Part shown: positions 1 to 15,798 of the stretch, in pieces
How positions within the stretch are numbered: position 1 is the first letter of the stretch
How the letters are laid out: each line of letters begins with the position of its first letter
Assembly: GCF_011386835.1 (NCBI RefSeq)
Contig: NC_088804.1
Coordinates: 38,006,001 to 38,070,000 of the forward strand
Direction of reading: 5' to 3'
DNA from: Chrysemys picta bellii
Lineage: Eukaryota
DNA length: 64,000 bases
The notes under the pieces: model-generated
Databases searched by the model: none
Told to the model about the DNA's origin: nothing
The model's input: the letters and a program-made list of their open reading frames with translations, nothing else
Position numbers and translations under genes: made by a program

Positions 1-1401
1 GGCCGAGTCGGATTCAGAAAGAGGTGTCAGCTTTTTAATGAGGCCGATGAACAGACCACCTCTGAGCGTGGCATCTAATGTTGTGAAATATTAACAATCA
101 GCTTTCTCTTTGTGGGTGAAAAGGACAGATGCTGAGGGCCCTGGTGTGTTCCCGGTTTTTAAAGCAGTCAGTGGTGGGGCGGGGGGGATCTGCTACAAAC
201 CGATGGCAAGAGATGACCCCTGGAAACTGACTAACATACGAGCCGGGGCATTTTTAGGAAGCTGTGTAAAGGCAGATCTGAGTCACGAGTTTCTGTTCTG
301 ATTAGAGGCTCTTTGCCTGGCTTCTCTTCTGGGAGCAAAATGTGCTCAGAAGGAAACGCGGGCCACGTCTCCTGTAGGGTCTGATCCAACCTCGAGTGAC
401 TTCCCTGGGCTTTGCATCGAGCCCATACCGAGGGCCAATCAACTTTTAATGCGAGCCCTCGTTTGAGGGGAGCCAGCAGGATTTGGCCTCCACTGGTAAC
501 TTCTAAAAGTAATCGGGAAAATTAAGGGTGCCGTTAGAAAACAGGGTCCCGATTCTGTACACCTTGCCCAGGTAAAACTATTGACTCGAATGGGACTTTT
601 GTCTGGGTGCAGGATCGGGCCCTTATTGCATCATAAACATCACACAACTTTTCAAAAGGCTAGCTGGGAATTCCCTTGGGGTTATCCCCCAGGTGCCCGG
701 CAGGAGATCAGAAGCGGTGAAGAAACCTGATTTGATTTCTGCATTTTCAGATGAATCCAGCAGGGGGTCAGATTAACAGCTGGAGTAAGAAATCGTCTTG
801 CTTTGGATTTGCAAATTATTTTTTTTTAAAGTGGATTTCAATTCTGATGTTCTCATTTGTTGTTCTAGATTGGGACCTCGCTTCCACGGAGTCTGCTTAT
901 TAATAGGATTGTGACTCCTTGATTTCAGGCATTACTTCGTAGCATTAAACCAGAGGGAAATAAATCGAACCTATTAACACGGCACATTTCAGAGAGTCAA
1001 TAAACTGCAAACACTTTTATTTGATATCAATTATCACATTCCATGGGGCGACCCATATTAGCAAGTGCCTTGCACTCCCAGGGGCTGTTTGATTGTCCAC
1101 CTCCAGCGTGTGCGGAAAAACCCTGGCCCTTGGCTCAGTTTAGAAATCAATTCTCCTAAGCATCTCTTCGTTAAACATTATTTCACATAAAACCTCCTTG
1201 TAAAGGGGGCTCTGTGGATCAGTGTTGGAGCCCAGCTGCGTTCACTCATCTGACACCTTATCGACATCCGCAGTGGAGATTTTAAACGGGAGATCAACGT
1301 TTAACGTCGCCTTCCCCCCGGAGGCTTTATTTAAATTCTCACAGGCTCTAGTGCGTCTCCTTGAGAAATCCAAGCAAGAAATATTAAAATAATAAATAGT
1401 C

Positions 1402-1416
1402 CCCGTAGATGGCGGT
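1402..1416 (+). promoter_or_regulatory. CTCF-like motif
   Basis: CCCGTAGATGGCGGT resembles the CTCF core CCASYAGRKGGCRS; motif match only. Confidence 0.35.
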
Positions 1417-2666
1417 GGGCCCGGGATACAGACACAGGCTCACATGGCAAAGAGGTTTGTTGCCTCCTTTTTTTGTACATCGCTGCTAGAAATTCCCCCG
1501 GGAGGCAAAGCAGAGAAGTTCGTCTCGGTTTGAAACCCACCAATCAGAGGGTCCTAACAGCTCATTCGCTGCCTGGGTGCGTTACCCTCTTCTGATGCCC
1601 TGACCCCCTGACATGAGCAGCCATCGGTGTGTCTGTAATCCGAGCCGCTCTAACGACTCTGATTGCCACAGTCCGGGGCTGGGAGCGAGTGGTCGAGAAG
1701 CTACGTGGGGAACTTTCTTTCTGCAGGCTGGGCACAGGAATCTATACATGTCCCGGGCTCTTTAGAGACTCCTGGATGTACTTTCGCTTCCCTAAAGCCG
1801 GGACTCGTGTCCCTTAAAGGCAGCAGGACAGAGGGAGACTGTCATAGCAGAGAGACACACTTGGCAGCATAGAGGAGACGCAGATTAGCAGCTTTCCTGG
1901 TCAGGAGAAGGGAGCAGAGACCGGGGTGTGATATCTGGAGCGTCTCCCCCCAGACAGTACCCCCTGCAAGTTATTAAAAATGGTCCATAGCCAAAATATT
2001 CAGACTTGGGGGCCTAAAGTTAGGGCACCCCAATCAAAGCGATCTGATGTTTAAAGGTGTTTAGCTTTAGGCACCCCAGTTTGCCCACTTTAACCTATAT
2101 CGCCCCACGTTATTCTTCCCCAGCTCTCTAGGCCTTGACATCGTTATAACTAATGCTTTGCATCGGAGTCCATAGCGGACTGGAGCAGCAGTCAAGTTTG
2201 TGCTCGGTGTCAAATTAGAACTAAAAACAGTTTGCCCTTTGCATGATGCAAAACGGATGTTAGCGGCAGCTTTACCGCTGCGAATCTCTCTCACAGAGGC
2301 ACTTTCTACCTAACGCCTTTTCGTCTCTTTTTCCACGCCCTGTTCCTGGCTTTCAAGTTCTCTAGAATCTATCCCAAGAAGGAAAAAGCTACAAAAATAA
2401 AAGCCTCATGAGGCTTGCAACAAGATGCTACAAGGGAGGCGATACTAAATGGGGTGTTGATATATTTGTGCAAACCTGGCAGGTAACTAGAATGTGATCT
2501 TAATAGGTCTGGGTAGGTTATATTTTGGGGAGTTCCTAACTGGACTGCATTTGAGCCCTGTAGCACAAAGGGAATTCTCGTTGGTTGCTTTGGATTGGCA
2601 GAGCTGGAACAGAAATACACGGTGGTATAAAGAGCTGTTGGTTTTTGAACACATACTTTGCTGATC

Positions 2667-2982
2667 ACAACTCATAGCCAACCTGTGGAACTCTTTGCCA
2701 GGGGGTGATGTGAGGCCAAAACCATAACTGGGTTTAAAAAAAAACCTAGATAAATTCATGGAGGACAGGTCCATCAATGGCTATTAGCCAAGGTGGTCAG
2801 AGAGTCAACCCCATACTCTGGGTGTCCCTAAACCGCTGACTGACAGAGTCTGGGGATGGATCACTCGATAAATTGCCTTGTTCTGTTCCTTCCCTTTGAA
2901 GTATCAGGCAATGGCCACTCTGGGAAGACAGGATGCTGGGCTAGCTAGACCATTGGGCTGACCCAGTGTGGCCGTTCTGATG
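2667..2982 (+). mobile_element. CR1 LINE 3' fragment
   Basis: AACCTGTGGAACTCTTTGCC...GGAGGACAGGTCCATCAATGGCTATTAGCCA...GCCGTTCTGATG resembles a reptile CR1 3' end; a related copy lies in reverse at 16971-17270. Confidence 0.7.
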
Positions 2983-5900
2983 AATTAAAGGTCCTGGGAA
3001 GTGGGGGAGGGATCCATTAACTAGGCAGCGGATTTGAAGTCCCAAGCAATTTTGGCATTACAATGTATTGATAGTGCTAAGTGTCCACCCCCCATCCTCA
3101 TGAGCCAAAATAAACCCCAAACAAGGCTGGGTCCAGCCGAGGTGAACTCGACAGTACAGCGACTTCCCTGAGAGAAGCTGATCTTGGCCCGGTTAGTTTG
3201 TACTTGAGCACAACTCCCCATTGAAGTATTTGGAGTGTTGTGCCTGAGTAGAGGCTATCATAGGATCGGCTCCTTAATGGTGCTCTGGGATTTATGTTGG
3301 TCCCTCACCTGTAAGCAAGTACACTGTAGGGCCCGATCCTGCCAGGTGCTGCAGCTGTCCCTTAATGAGGCTTACAGGTGAAGGTGGCGTCACACCATAA
3401 CATGAGTAGGGATGGGGATGTATTTTGGCTGGCAGAATTCTGAGATCAGCAGCAACCTTTGCAATGGACGTGACTACTTTAAATGCTCTAAACACAAACA
3501 CACAAACAAACACACACCGATTCCGCTTCCATCGAAACCAAGGACAAAACTCTCATTGACTTCAGTAGGGCTGGATCCAGCCCCCTCCCCTCCCATAAAG
3601 CCAGGGAGTCAATCGTGTTGGAAAGAATGACTGTGTCCCACACTATTGCTGTGAGGACTCTAGGTTGGGATACCTGGGGTATTTGCTGTTCCTTGATTAC
3701 TCTTGCAAAACAAGAGTCCAGACAATGTGACTGCACAGTTTAAAGATTTTAACTGTGTTATTTTTAGCACGGCTCTAATTCCCCTGGCTGGTTTAAACCA
3801 CCTGGGGGACAATAATCCAAATCGGGTTAAACCCCCCCCCCCTTTTTTTTTTTTGCAAGAAGCGACCTTTCAAAAAAAATAAAACAACCATCTCACCAAA
3901 TCTGAACAAACTAGTGATTAAATTCGCTTTTACAGCAAGCCTTTCAGACAAGATTCGGGAGAACACGCCCATTGCTTTTAGAAACGATCAGGGAACGATT
4001 TCACATGGAAAGAAACCGAGAAAAACGACTTCCCGGGACGTTCTGGTTCTCTTTCAAAAAAGTCTCTGTCTACAGATTTAAATAATAGTTCACGAATGGT
4101 TCCCCTAACGTGACTGTGATGGAGAACTCTCCTTGCCGGGAAAAAATCTACGAGGAGATGTTGGAGTCTGTTTGCTCTTTGAAGATTTTCGACTACAATG
4201 CAGAGGGAAAGGCAGAGGTAAAAACGCGACAGCTGTTTCCAAAGGGAGATAAGGATGAAAGCTGATCGTTATAAGGGGAAATATAAGTATTTAAACCTAA
4301 AATGTTACATGCTTAGCACCAAAAGGTGCCCAGGGATAGATTTAACTCTTGGTGTTTTTCGGCATAGCTCAGAGTTACTCTTGTCCGCTCCTATGGAAAA
4401 TAATACACCGACTTGGAATGTCTTAATCTGGCAAATGGAAAGAATGCTTTGATTGTAAGTGTTTGCTAGGTGTTAGTATTCTGATGGGTTTTCCCTTTTT
4501 AATAAAAAAAAACAAATAAGGAATCAAAATTGAGCGTGCCCGTATTATGCACGATAAAACAAGGTTTAAAAAGAGAGCACAGCTCGGAGTGCTACCCCTG
4601 CCCCAAGGCATGCAATCGGGTGTGAGATCGACGGTCCAATCTCACAAACTTGATACGGGAAACACATTTCTGGGCCCCAAATGCTGCCACCAACTAATAG
4701 GAAACTAGCTAGCTGCTGAAACCTGCCATTTTTTAGGGCCAGGTCATTGCAGCTTGGGGACAAGGAGCAGGGAGCCCTGTGAGAGAGACATTTAAGTGCT
4801 TTCTTTTTCCTGGGGATTTTTATTTTATTGTTTAATGTGACAGGGTCTTGCAGGAAGTCAGCCACCCGGAGAAGGGGGAACTTCAAGAGACAGAGGCAAG
4901 GATGCATTTGACCTACCTGAGATCATTCACTTTGAGTGGAAATCGAATCAAAATCACTAACATGCCTTTTTGATGATTATGACTAATTCTCCTTTGGGGG
5001 CTTTGTTTGGTTTTATAGTATCGCCGGGTAGGACTCGATACTGGGTCAGGAAAACAGCTCGAGCCTCAGCGAAAATGAAAACTTGGAAACGCGAACAAGA
5101 GGCTGCTGCCCGCAGACACGGCTGAACGCCGCCTCTGCACGGTCCAGTGTCCAGTGTCCCTCTGGAACTGTCCAGCAAAAGGGCAACTCTCCGGAGAGCC
5201 GCGGCAGGCGTGTGAAATGCCAGCTCAGGGAAAGGACTGACGGCGGAGGCAAGTGGCTGCCCTTTCGGGGAAAAGCACACGCACCTGGCTCTGGCAGCAG
5301 CTTCAGGAGGTCGGTATCTGCCACGGGGAACTGCTTTTTCCCAGCAGCTATGACACAAATGCGATCGCAATAAGATAATCTGGTGCGGCGAGCTTGGACC
5401 GCATGTTGGCACATCATGCGTCTACACTACGCCAGCCTGAGAATCCCCGGAGTGGTACCGGGTTATTCAAACCCCACTCTCGGCTGAACCCCCATCCAGG
5501 GCCTAGTGCCCGTTAGACACGGAAGGAAAAGGCTCAAGGCCGAATTATCTGGACAATTTAAGGACAATAGCAGATCACCTGTGCCTGCATCCCCCTTCTC
5601 CGCCCCGGAGGCCCTATGTTGTAGAGAGAGTCTGCCACTGGTAACTCTGGCTCAAGCAAGGAACCTGTTAAGGAGGAGAAGTGGCAAGTTTAATGTTAGT
5701 GGCCACGAATATTCCTCTGTCTCCCTATCTCCCACACACACAGCCCACCCTCTCCCCATCAAAAAAAGAAGCAGCAGCTGTTTGAAAATCCAACCCAAGC
5801 ACCTGATTTTCAGCTCCCTGCTGATAAAGGTACAGAACAACGCTATAAGGGGGCTGCTTCACTGTGGGCTGGGGGAAAAATCTATTAAGCGAAAAATCTC

Positions 5901-7399
5901 CCCGACTTAATTTTAAGAAGGAGGGAGGATTTGGGGAGGTAGGCGGGGAAGGAGAGTGTAGTTGCTCCTCTATTTTTCCTCCTTTCTCCCCGCCTTGCTC
6001 TTTTATGAATAGACAAAACCCCTCGAGAACTTGGCAGAAGTAGCTCGGGTTTTATAGGAAGGCTGCTGAAATACAGCACAAATTATTCTTATGGGCCATG
6101 TTTCATTTAAACCAAGGTTTCAACGCACGCTGCCAGAATTCGGCAGGATAGGGTATGTGCCAGATCAAAATCAATTCAGGTAATATGTCTACCATGACCT
6201 ACAGTATATCTCCTCCGTCCATCTATTCACCTTTTCGTCTTAATTAGGTGTTTCGTGGTTTTGATTTGTTTTTTTTTTATGGGAGGCGATCTGCAGATTT
6301 GCCTCCTCAGCAATGTTTATTGTGCTGCAATTATATTCTGCGAGTCCATATGTTAACATCCATATTTATTGACAATCTTTGCAGCTAGCCCCTACTTTCG
6401 TTGGGGAATTATATTATTCCAATTAAAGTTAACTTGACAGAAACAGGCTGCATTTGAAAACGGCTCCTAAGGCCACGTTTATCTAAAGGCTGCTTTATTC
6501 TTTACCAATGTGCTAGACAATCCTGTGATGGGGTTTTTTTTATTCTGACTAAGCGACAACGAGCCACTGCATTTCTGAAGCATGTTAAAGTTGCTCAGAA
6601 GAGATCAGAAGGAAGAGATGGTTGGCAGCTTTAACATATCCGCTGTCAGCCCCAGGCATTTATAATGAGAGCTCAAATTGGGTATAGGAAGCAGAAAACG
6701 AAGTCAGATGAAGATAGATCTTTTGTACAAGAAACGAATAAAAACAGAATGCGTTCAGACAGGGCTGTAAAATCATCCTAATATGAACTTGCTGGGATGG
6801 TTCTTAGGACTTCGTAATGAGATCCAGATCAAATGATATTTCTTATTATCCTCACAGGATGTTATTAGTTTATTCTTCCTATACACTGTTGTTCTATCGG
6901 GGCAACTGCCTGTAGTAGATTGCTGCTGAACTGAGAGGTAACTGACTACATTCAAAGCGCCTCATAAGGCCTACATCTCAGTAGGTAAATAAAACTGTCA
7001 AGAAAAAGATTAAAATAAGAGCGATTAATCAGAACCTATCCCGGTGAGGAGTCTTTCACTCACATCATTTGCGGATTGCAGAATCTCACTCCAGTTTCAA
7101 ACTGGCCAATTGTCCTGGATTTGCAAAGTGTTCTGGGAACAATCCTGGGAAGCCCCTTTAAACTAACCCAGGAACGCCTACGTTTTCATTTCAGCTATGC
7201 GATTTCGTCATGTGAACTGAGCCTTTGTTAAATAAATAATAATAATAAAAAAAAGAGTAATAAACCTTTAGTCTCCAGGAAATCTACTTGGTTTTAACAT
7301 TAACGTGTTCCACGTTTTCTGCCTGAAAAATGGGATCGGAAAAATGGCAAAAACACACACACACACATACATGCGCCAGACTTTGAGCAGAAGAAAACA

Positions 7400-8164
7400 A
7401 CATGGATTTATTTTAAGGTAAGTACAACGATTAAGACCACATAAGACAAACAAGCGTGAAGTAGAATAAAACCAAATAGTTCTCAGGAATGGTCAGGGTG
7501 GAGACTATTATACAAAACATCACACTGTCGTAAATTAAAAAAACCGCATCAGATACTTTGTCTCTTTTTCCCCAAAATCCACCAACAAAAATAAATTATT
7601 TCCTCGTCTTGTAAAAAGAACAGCTCTAAAGAGGAAGAAATTCTCTTGCATAATTGTACACACACACAAAAAAAGGAAGAAGAACTCAACTTGTAATTAA
7701 TTGGGCTGTTAGGAATTGTTGGGCAACATAAAAAAAATATTCCAGTGAACTCAACTTTAAATATTATATTAACGGCTCTGAAAATTAGCCTGATTAGAAA
7801 TCCACACATTTGATAGCACAATAAGAGAACTTAAAATACCCCGGACATATATTTTTATATATATAATATATAATTTTCTTTTTAATCGCATAATGATCGC
7901 TGTGATATTGGTCCATAACTTATTTTCGGAGACCTCCTATACTTTAGCATATAAATTTGCCACTTTGTTTAGATAGCTCTCTATATATTTTAAAGACATC
8001 CCTTTTCAAGTAGAATTTACTTGTCTGGAATTTAAAGATGATGGAAGAGGATTAAGGGTCTATAAACTCTTTGGTTCCCAGGTCCGCTTAGAGGTTGTAA
8101 AAGGATTTCCTTATGCAGTCTTAAGTGTTTGTTTAATTGGCCTACCCAGGAGAGTCAATGCTAA
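7400..8164 (-). other. FOXC2: FOXC2 3' UTR (AT-rich), candidate poly(A) signal at 7407-7412
   Basis: Directly downstream of the FOXC2 stop; plus-strand TTTATT equals AATAAA on minus. The true 3' end cannot be fixed from sequence. Confidence 0.45.
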
Positions 8165-10460
<2,296 letters not shown>

Positions 10461-13400
10461 GATCGCAATGATCAGCGATCAACTGAACCCGTGTTCTTGA
10501 GTGCTGTATTATTCCTCCGGGTTTTTAACGGAGGAAACCTGGAATGCTGTACAAACACAGAGCTTCCCATTTAAAATACATTTTATTTTTAAATCAAATC
10601 ACCCTCCAGTCCTCGGGTGGATATTCAGAAGGGGCTGCGCATTTTCTTGGGTTCTTTCTCACACAGTACTTGTAACCTCGCTACCTATAAAAGCATTAGC
10701 GCTGAAAGCTATGGGATGGCACACATCCCGTTTCATAGCATAGGCTGATAGCAGTTCAAATAGCCGACACTGGGATCTTTGGGCGGTAGCACATTTGCAG
10801 ATTCCTCCAACACTTTCAAAAGAATTGAGCAAATAAAAATAAAATAAAATCATAAAAGACCCAGGAGAAAAAGACCCAGAGCGAGATGAGTTTTCTTGGG
10901 TTTGTGAAACCCGCCCCTCCTGCTTTCCCTAATGATTTCATTACAGGCAATCAGATTCGGTTAATTAGGGACGCATGCTAGCGGAGTGTAGATTCCCGTA
11001 TTTGCAAAGCTGCTGTGAACTGCACTGCATTGATTGTGGATAACGTTTATCTCAAAAGCAGACAGATGAAGAAAGAAACAACCTCTCCTCCCGCCCCCAA
11101 GTAAAATAAAAAGCAAAAAAAAAAAAAAACCCAAACCACCTCCCTTTTGGATCCAAATTTCTGAAAGGCGAATTTAAATTAAAACGGAATAAAATAGCTA
11201 CAGAGCCAGTCTGTGTCCGCTGCCTTTTGAAAGAAGGCCCTCCGTCTGTAATTTACTTCGTGTGACTTTTTCAAAGATCATCTAACAATGTGTGCAGAGC
11301 AAAATTCAGTCTTCGGGAATCGGTAAAGCTTCAGACAGGGACACATTTAACAAAAAGTGAATGCTCCCGCCTGAGAACTACTGAGAATCACGAAAGCTAT
11401 CTGTGAATGTCTTAATACAAAAGGGAAAGGTTTTTTACCCAATACTTTAAAATCCACCAAAAACCTGTAATGCAAATTGATGGTCGATTTCTTGAAAACT
11501 TTCACCTTCGTTTTGATGGCAATACATTCAAATGATGCGCATCGATTTCTTTATGTGCAATAAATGCCCGGGTGATTTTCACACGAGAATAAAAAAGCAA
11601 ATTATTTTAGATTTGCTGCTGTTTCATTTAAATGTATTAACGGAGAAACGCGGTTTATTTAGCAGGTTTTAGAACGACTTCACATTTTTAAACTTCAGCC
11701 TTCAGTACAACAACACTTCTGATCAGCCCTAATTGTTTTAAAGCACACAATAAGCACATGGGGACTTTAAAAAAAATCATATACAAGTTCAAAAAGTTGT
11801 AAACGCCAAACTGAAACACTGGCGGGTTATAGCTCTTTGACCTGCTATTTCCTAAAGGTTTACGTTTTGTCTCAACAAATAGCCTTGTTATTAAACCCTT
11901 ACCTCCCATCAGTTCACCACTCTCAAAACTTTACCGAGCGTAAGTTTCTAAAGAAATCGAAAAGACGCCCTGTGTCCCGGCATCACGCATTTGGAAAATC
12001 GGTGGCGTCTAAATCCAAAGACTCTTAATAGCATAAAGTTCAGCTACAAGAAAAAATAGTTTCAGCCCCAAATGAGAGCGAACTCGAGAGATCCTTTCAA
12101 CCAAGAGCGCAAAGGTGGACAAGAAATATTCTCTTTTCCTTGGAATGCTCCGGCTTTTTTTGTTTTCCCCTTTAGGACTCCCGGGAGCAATGTTTGTTTG
12201 AGTTATTTGAACAACAGCTTCTACGTGCCTAGAGGTTTTGTCTTGACTTTTTTTATTTACCCTTGGTGGACACTATAAAACAGTCCCCTGAACCTTTCCA
12301 CTACCAGATCCCCCCCCCCCCCCCTTTGAAATGTCCTTGCAATCTTGGAGAATTTAGGAGAAACAAGAAAATTGCAAAGACCCGGTTGCAAAGACTGAAA
12401 TAATCAAGACAGGAGATTTGTCCCATTGTTTTTCTACAAAGGCAACAACAGAATCAGTTGCTCTGGAAGCCAAGTGAAGCTCTCCTCAAACATCACCTGA
12501 ACTCTCCCACTGAGTCTAGTTTGCTCACTTTGTGGGTTTTGGTGCCCTCTAGGGGATACATAGGAGAATTTAAATATTTTTCTGTGCAAATGTTCAGTGC
12601 ATTTAATGGTAAAAATGTTGGTGCTGACACCTTATGGACTTATCCTGGCAGAACAGTCGTAGTATCAAAAATTGATCAGATGTCAGACACGAGCTTTGTA
12701 TATTCATTTTTGGGGGTATTGTCCTACGAATGTGTGTCAGTAAGTGCCAGAAATGGGAGGCAAGAGTTTATTCCAAAGAAGAAACAAGCTTTGCACAGGC
12801 AATGAAAAACTAAGCTCGGCTGTTCCTGTGACCACATTTTTCCTGCAAAACTATATGCACATAATTGCCTTAACTCTAAGCATACGCATAAGTTTTTGCA
12901 GGATCAGGGATTAACCCAACAGAGGTAGCGACATCTGAAAATGGGTATGGGAAAATGACCCAAATACACACAGAGAGAATCAGTTCATAGCAGCAAATGA
13001 AAATCCGAATGTGTCTGACTCAAAGCAGGTTGGTTAGTTTCAACCCTGACTACCTTGAGGAGCCTCCGTTGTTTTATTGTTTCCTGTGCAAAAGGTTATC
13101 CAACCGTACAGAGTTTACTAGCAAATAGAAACTTGTTTCATAACAAGCCAGATCTAACACAATTTCGGCAAAATGAAGCAACATAGTTCTGTATTGATTT
13201 TTTGTTTGTTTGCTTTTTGCAATTTAGTTTTTCTCTTAACCAAATGCTATTGAGATTCTAGAGTTGTCGTTACTTGTATTTTGTATAGTACTGCCTATGA
13301 TAATAATTATTTGATTAATAATTCTTCCAACCAAAACATTACAAGCAATTACCTGACTGTATTCGTTTCATCTCCAGGACAGAAAATAAAGCACAGAAAT

Positions 13401-13737
13401 GCATCTGTGCCTACTTTTCAGCTTTCATTTTCAGGAAATTTGCAAGCTTTCTTTTATTGCTGTCCTTAATGTGTCAATTTCTGAGGTTGGAAAGGATTTG
13501 CAATAAAAGGTGCTTGCAAGGATTGTGGAGAGCACCAGAAAAATACAAAGGGGATTTGGAATCCAGGCTTTTAGAAGCATTCCTTGGTTTTCTTCTTCTT
13601 CTAAAACCATAAAACACTTCACGAAAGATTTTCACATTTTCCCTTCTAAATCTGAATATTAATAGTTCTTATAAGACAATGGTTTATCTTTCACTATTTT
13701 TGTAAGCAGTGTTGTAGCCTCCTGGATACCAGGAGAT

Positions 13738-13890
13738 TAGAGAGACAAGGTGAGTGAGGATATCTTTTACTGGACCAACTTCTGTTGATGAGAGAGACAA
13801 GTTTTTGAGTTTGAAGAGCTCAGTGTAAACTTGAAAGCTTGTAACAGAAGTTAGCCCAGGAAAAGATATTACCTCACCCACCTTGTCTAT
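13738..13890. mobile_element. Short palindromic repeat (GAGACAAGGTG...CACCTTGTCT family, probably Penelope-derived)
   Basis: Inverted arms GAGACAAGGTGAGTGAGG-ATATCTTTT and AAAAGATATTACCTCACCCACCTTGTCT; relatives at 28600-28686 and 48607-48825. Confidence 0.6.
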
Positions 13891-14327
13891 CTTTCTCTAT
13901 AATATTTTCAATTTTTAAAGCAAAATTAGTAGGTACTCAGATACCACAGTGAAATGTGCAATGCAGGAATTATAGTAGAATAGACTAGAATACTCACTTC
14001 TATTAGGGATATTTAGGGACTGATCCAACTTCTATTGACACCAAGGAGAGACTTTCCATCGACTTTAGTGGGAGCTGGGTTGAGCCATTAGTGCTAAAGC
14101 TCGAGCGGGCAATATATGTATGACAGTAAGAAAAGAGATCTTAGAAAAGTGATTTTGAGCAAATGGGATTTCAGTTTTATGGGATCAAACAATAGCTGAT
14201 GCACGAAACCTGTAAAAGAGGCCTCAATTGTTAGGCAAGTTGCTAATTTAAGAACCCATCCCCAAATATTCCTAAATGTATCAAGTCCAGTTCTCCTTCC
14301 CCTGGAAGACCAACTCTTTTAAGCAAC

Positions 14328-14330
14328 TAT

Positions 14331-14361
<31 letters not shown>

Positions 14362-14364
14362 TTT
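14328..14364. repeat. (TTTA)n microsatellite
   Basis: Read directly. Confidence 0.95.
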
Positions 14365-14424
14365 GCTGGTTTCTTAAGATAGATAGATAATGAAATCTAT
14401 CTATCTTAGATAATTATATGGCCT

Positions 14425-14612
14425 CCAATCTGAGTGTCCCATAATCTTTAATGTATTTATCTTCACACCACCACTGTGAGATAGGAAAGTACTATCAGCC
14501 CCCATTTTATAGGTGGTAAACTGAGGCATTAAGCTGCTAACTAACTTGCCTAAGGTCACACAGGAAGTCTGTGGTGGACCTGAGACACAGACCTCCCAAA
14601 TCCTAGGCTGGC
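14425..14612 (-). mobile_element. MIR/CORE-SINE
   Basis: CCCCATTTTATAGGTGGTAAACTGAGGCA...ACTTGCCTAAGGTCACACAG matches the MIR core. Confidence 0.7.
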
Positions 14613-15154
14613 CCATGGGACCATCCTTCTTCTCTGATATACAGTAGATGATTTCTAAAGGGGAAGGGGATAATTATAGGCACTTCAGTCCACACAGAGT
14701 AATTATCCTTCCAAAGATTCTGCTTCATCAGATTGAGGGTATCATAATTACCCTGAATTAAAGAGAGGTTGTAAATAGCTCATCCAGGGCCCAATCCTGA
14801 ACTCCCTACAAAGACAAATAAATGATCCATCAATGTTGTTGGGAATTTTGCATGAATCGAAAGTGAAGAATTGGCCTCCAAATCCTCAAACATTTGATTC
14901 ACATGGATGGTCTGTTATGTCTGGATGGGGAACCATTAACTTCAACGGCACTCGGTTTTGGTGTACCAGTCTTCCTGGATGGATCCCATTGCCCATGGAC
15001 CTAATTGCTTGTATTGAAATCAGGGTGAATCTCACCATGGACTTCAAGAGAAACAGCATCAGGCTCCAGGGTTATTGGGACTGTTCTGCATTTAACCAAA
15101 CATGTTCATATTAATCAATGTCCAAAAATGCACGGTGAACTTTGAGCGGAAAAG

Positions 15155-15798
15155 ACAACGAGGAGTCCTTGTGGTACCTTAGAGACCAACACATTTATTT
15201 CGACATAAGCTTTTGTGGGCTAGAACCCAAGGCACTGGATGCATGAAGTGAAAAATACAGAAGCAGGTATAAATACATGAAAGGATGGGGGTTGCTTTAC
15301 CAAGTGTGAGGTCAGTGTAACGAGATAAATCAATTAACAGCAGGATACCAAGGGAGGCAAAATAACTATTGAAGTGGTAAGAGAGTGGCCCATTACAGAC
15401 AGTTGACAAGAAGGTGTGAGTAACAGTAGGGAGAAATTAATATTGGAGAAATTTAAGTTTAGGTTTTGTAATGACCCAACCACTCCCAGTCTTTATTCAG
15501 GCCTAATCTGATGATATCCAGTTTGCAAATTAATTCCAGTTCTGCAGCTTCATGTTGGAGTCTGTTTTTGAAGTTTAATTGATTTATCTCGTTACACTGA
15601 CCTCGCACTTGGTCAAGCAACCCCCATCCTTTCATGTATTTATACCTGCTCCTGTATTTTCCACTTCATGCATCTGATGAAGTGAGTTTTAGCCCACGAA
15701 AGCTTATGCCCAAATAAATTTGTTAGTCTCTAAGGTGCCACAAGGACTCCTCGTTGTTTTTGCTGATACAGACTAACACAGCTACCACTCTGAAACCT
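15155..15798 (-). mobile_element. 5'-truncated Penelope-like retroelement with inverted pseudo-LTRs
   Basis: Inverted arms of about 183 bp at 15155-15337 and 15575-15757. Between them, minus strand 15575-15459 reads NFKNRLQHEAAELELICKLDIIRLGLNKDWEWLGHYKT-stop, resembling the C-terminal end of a Penelope GIY-YIG endonuclease. Confidence 0.8.
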
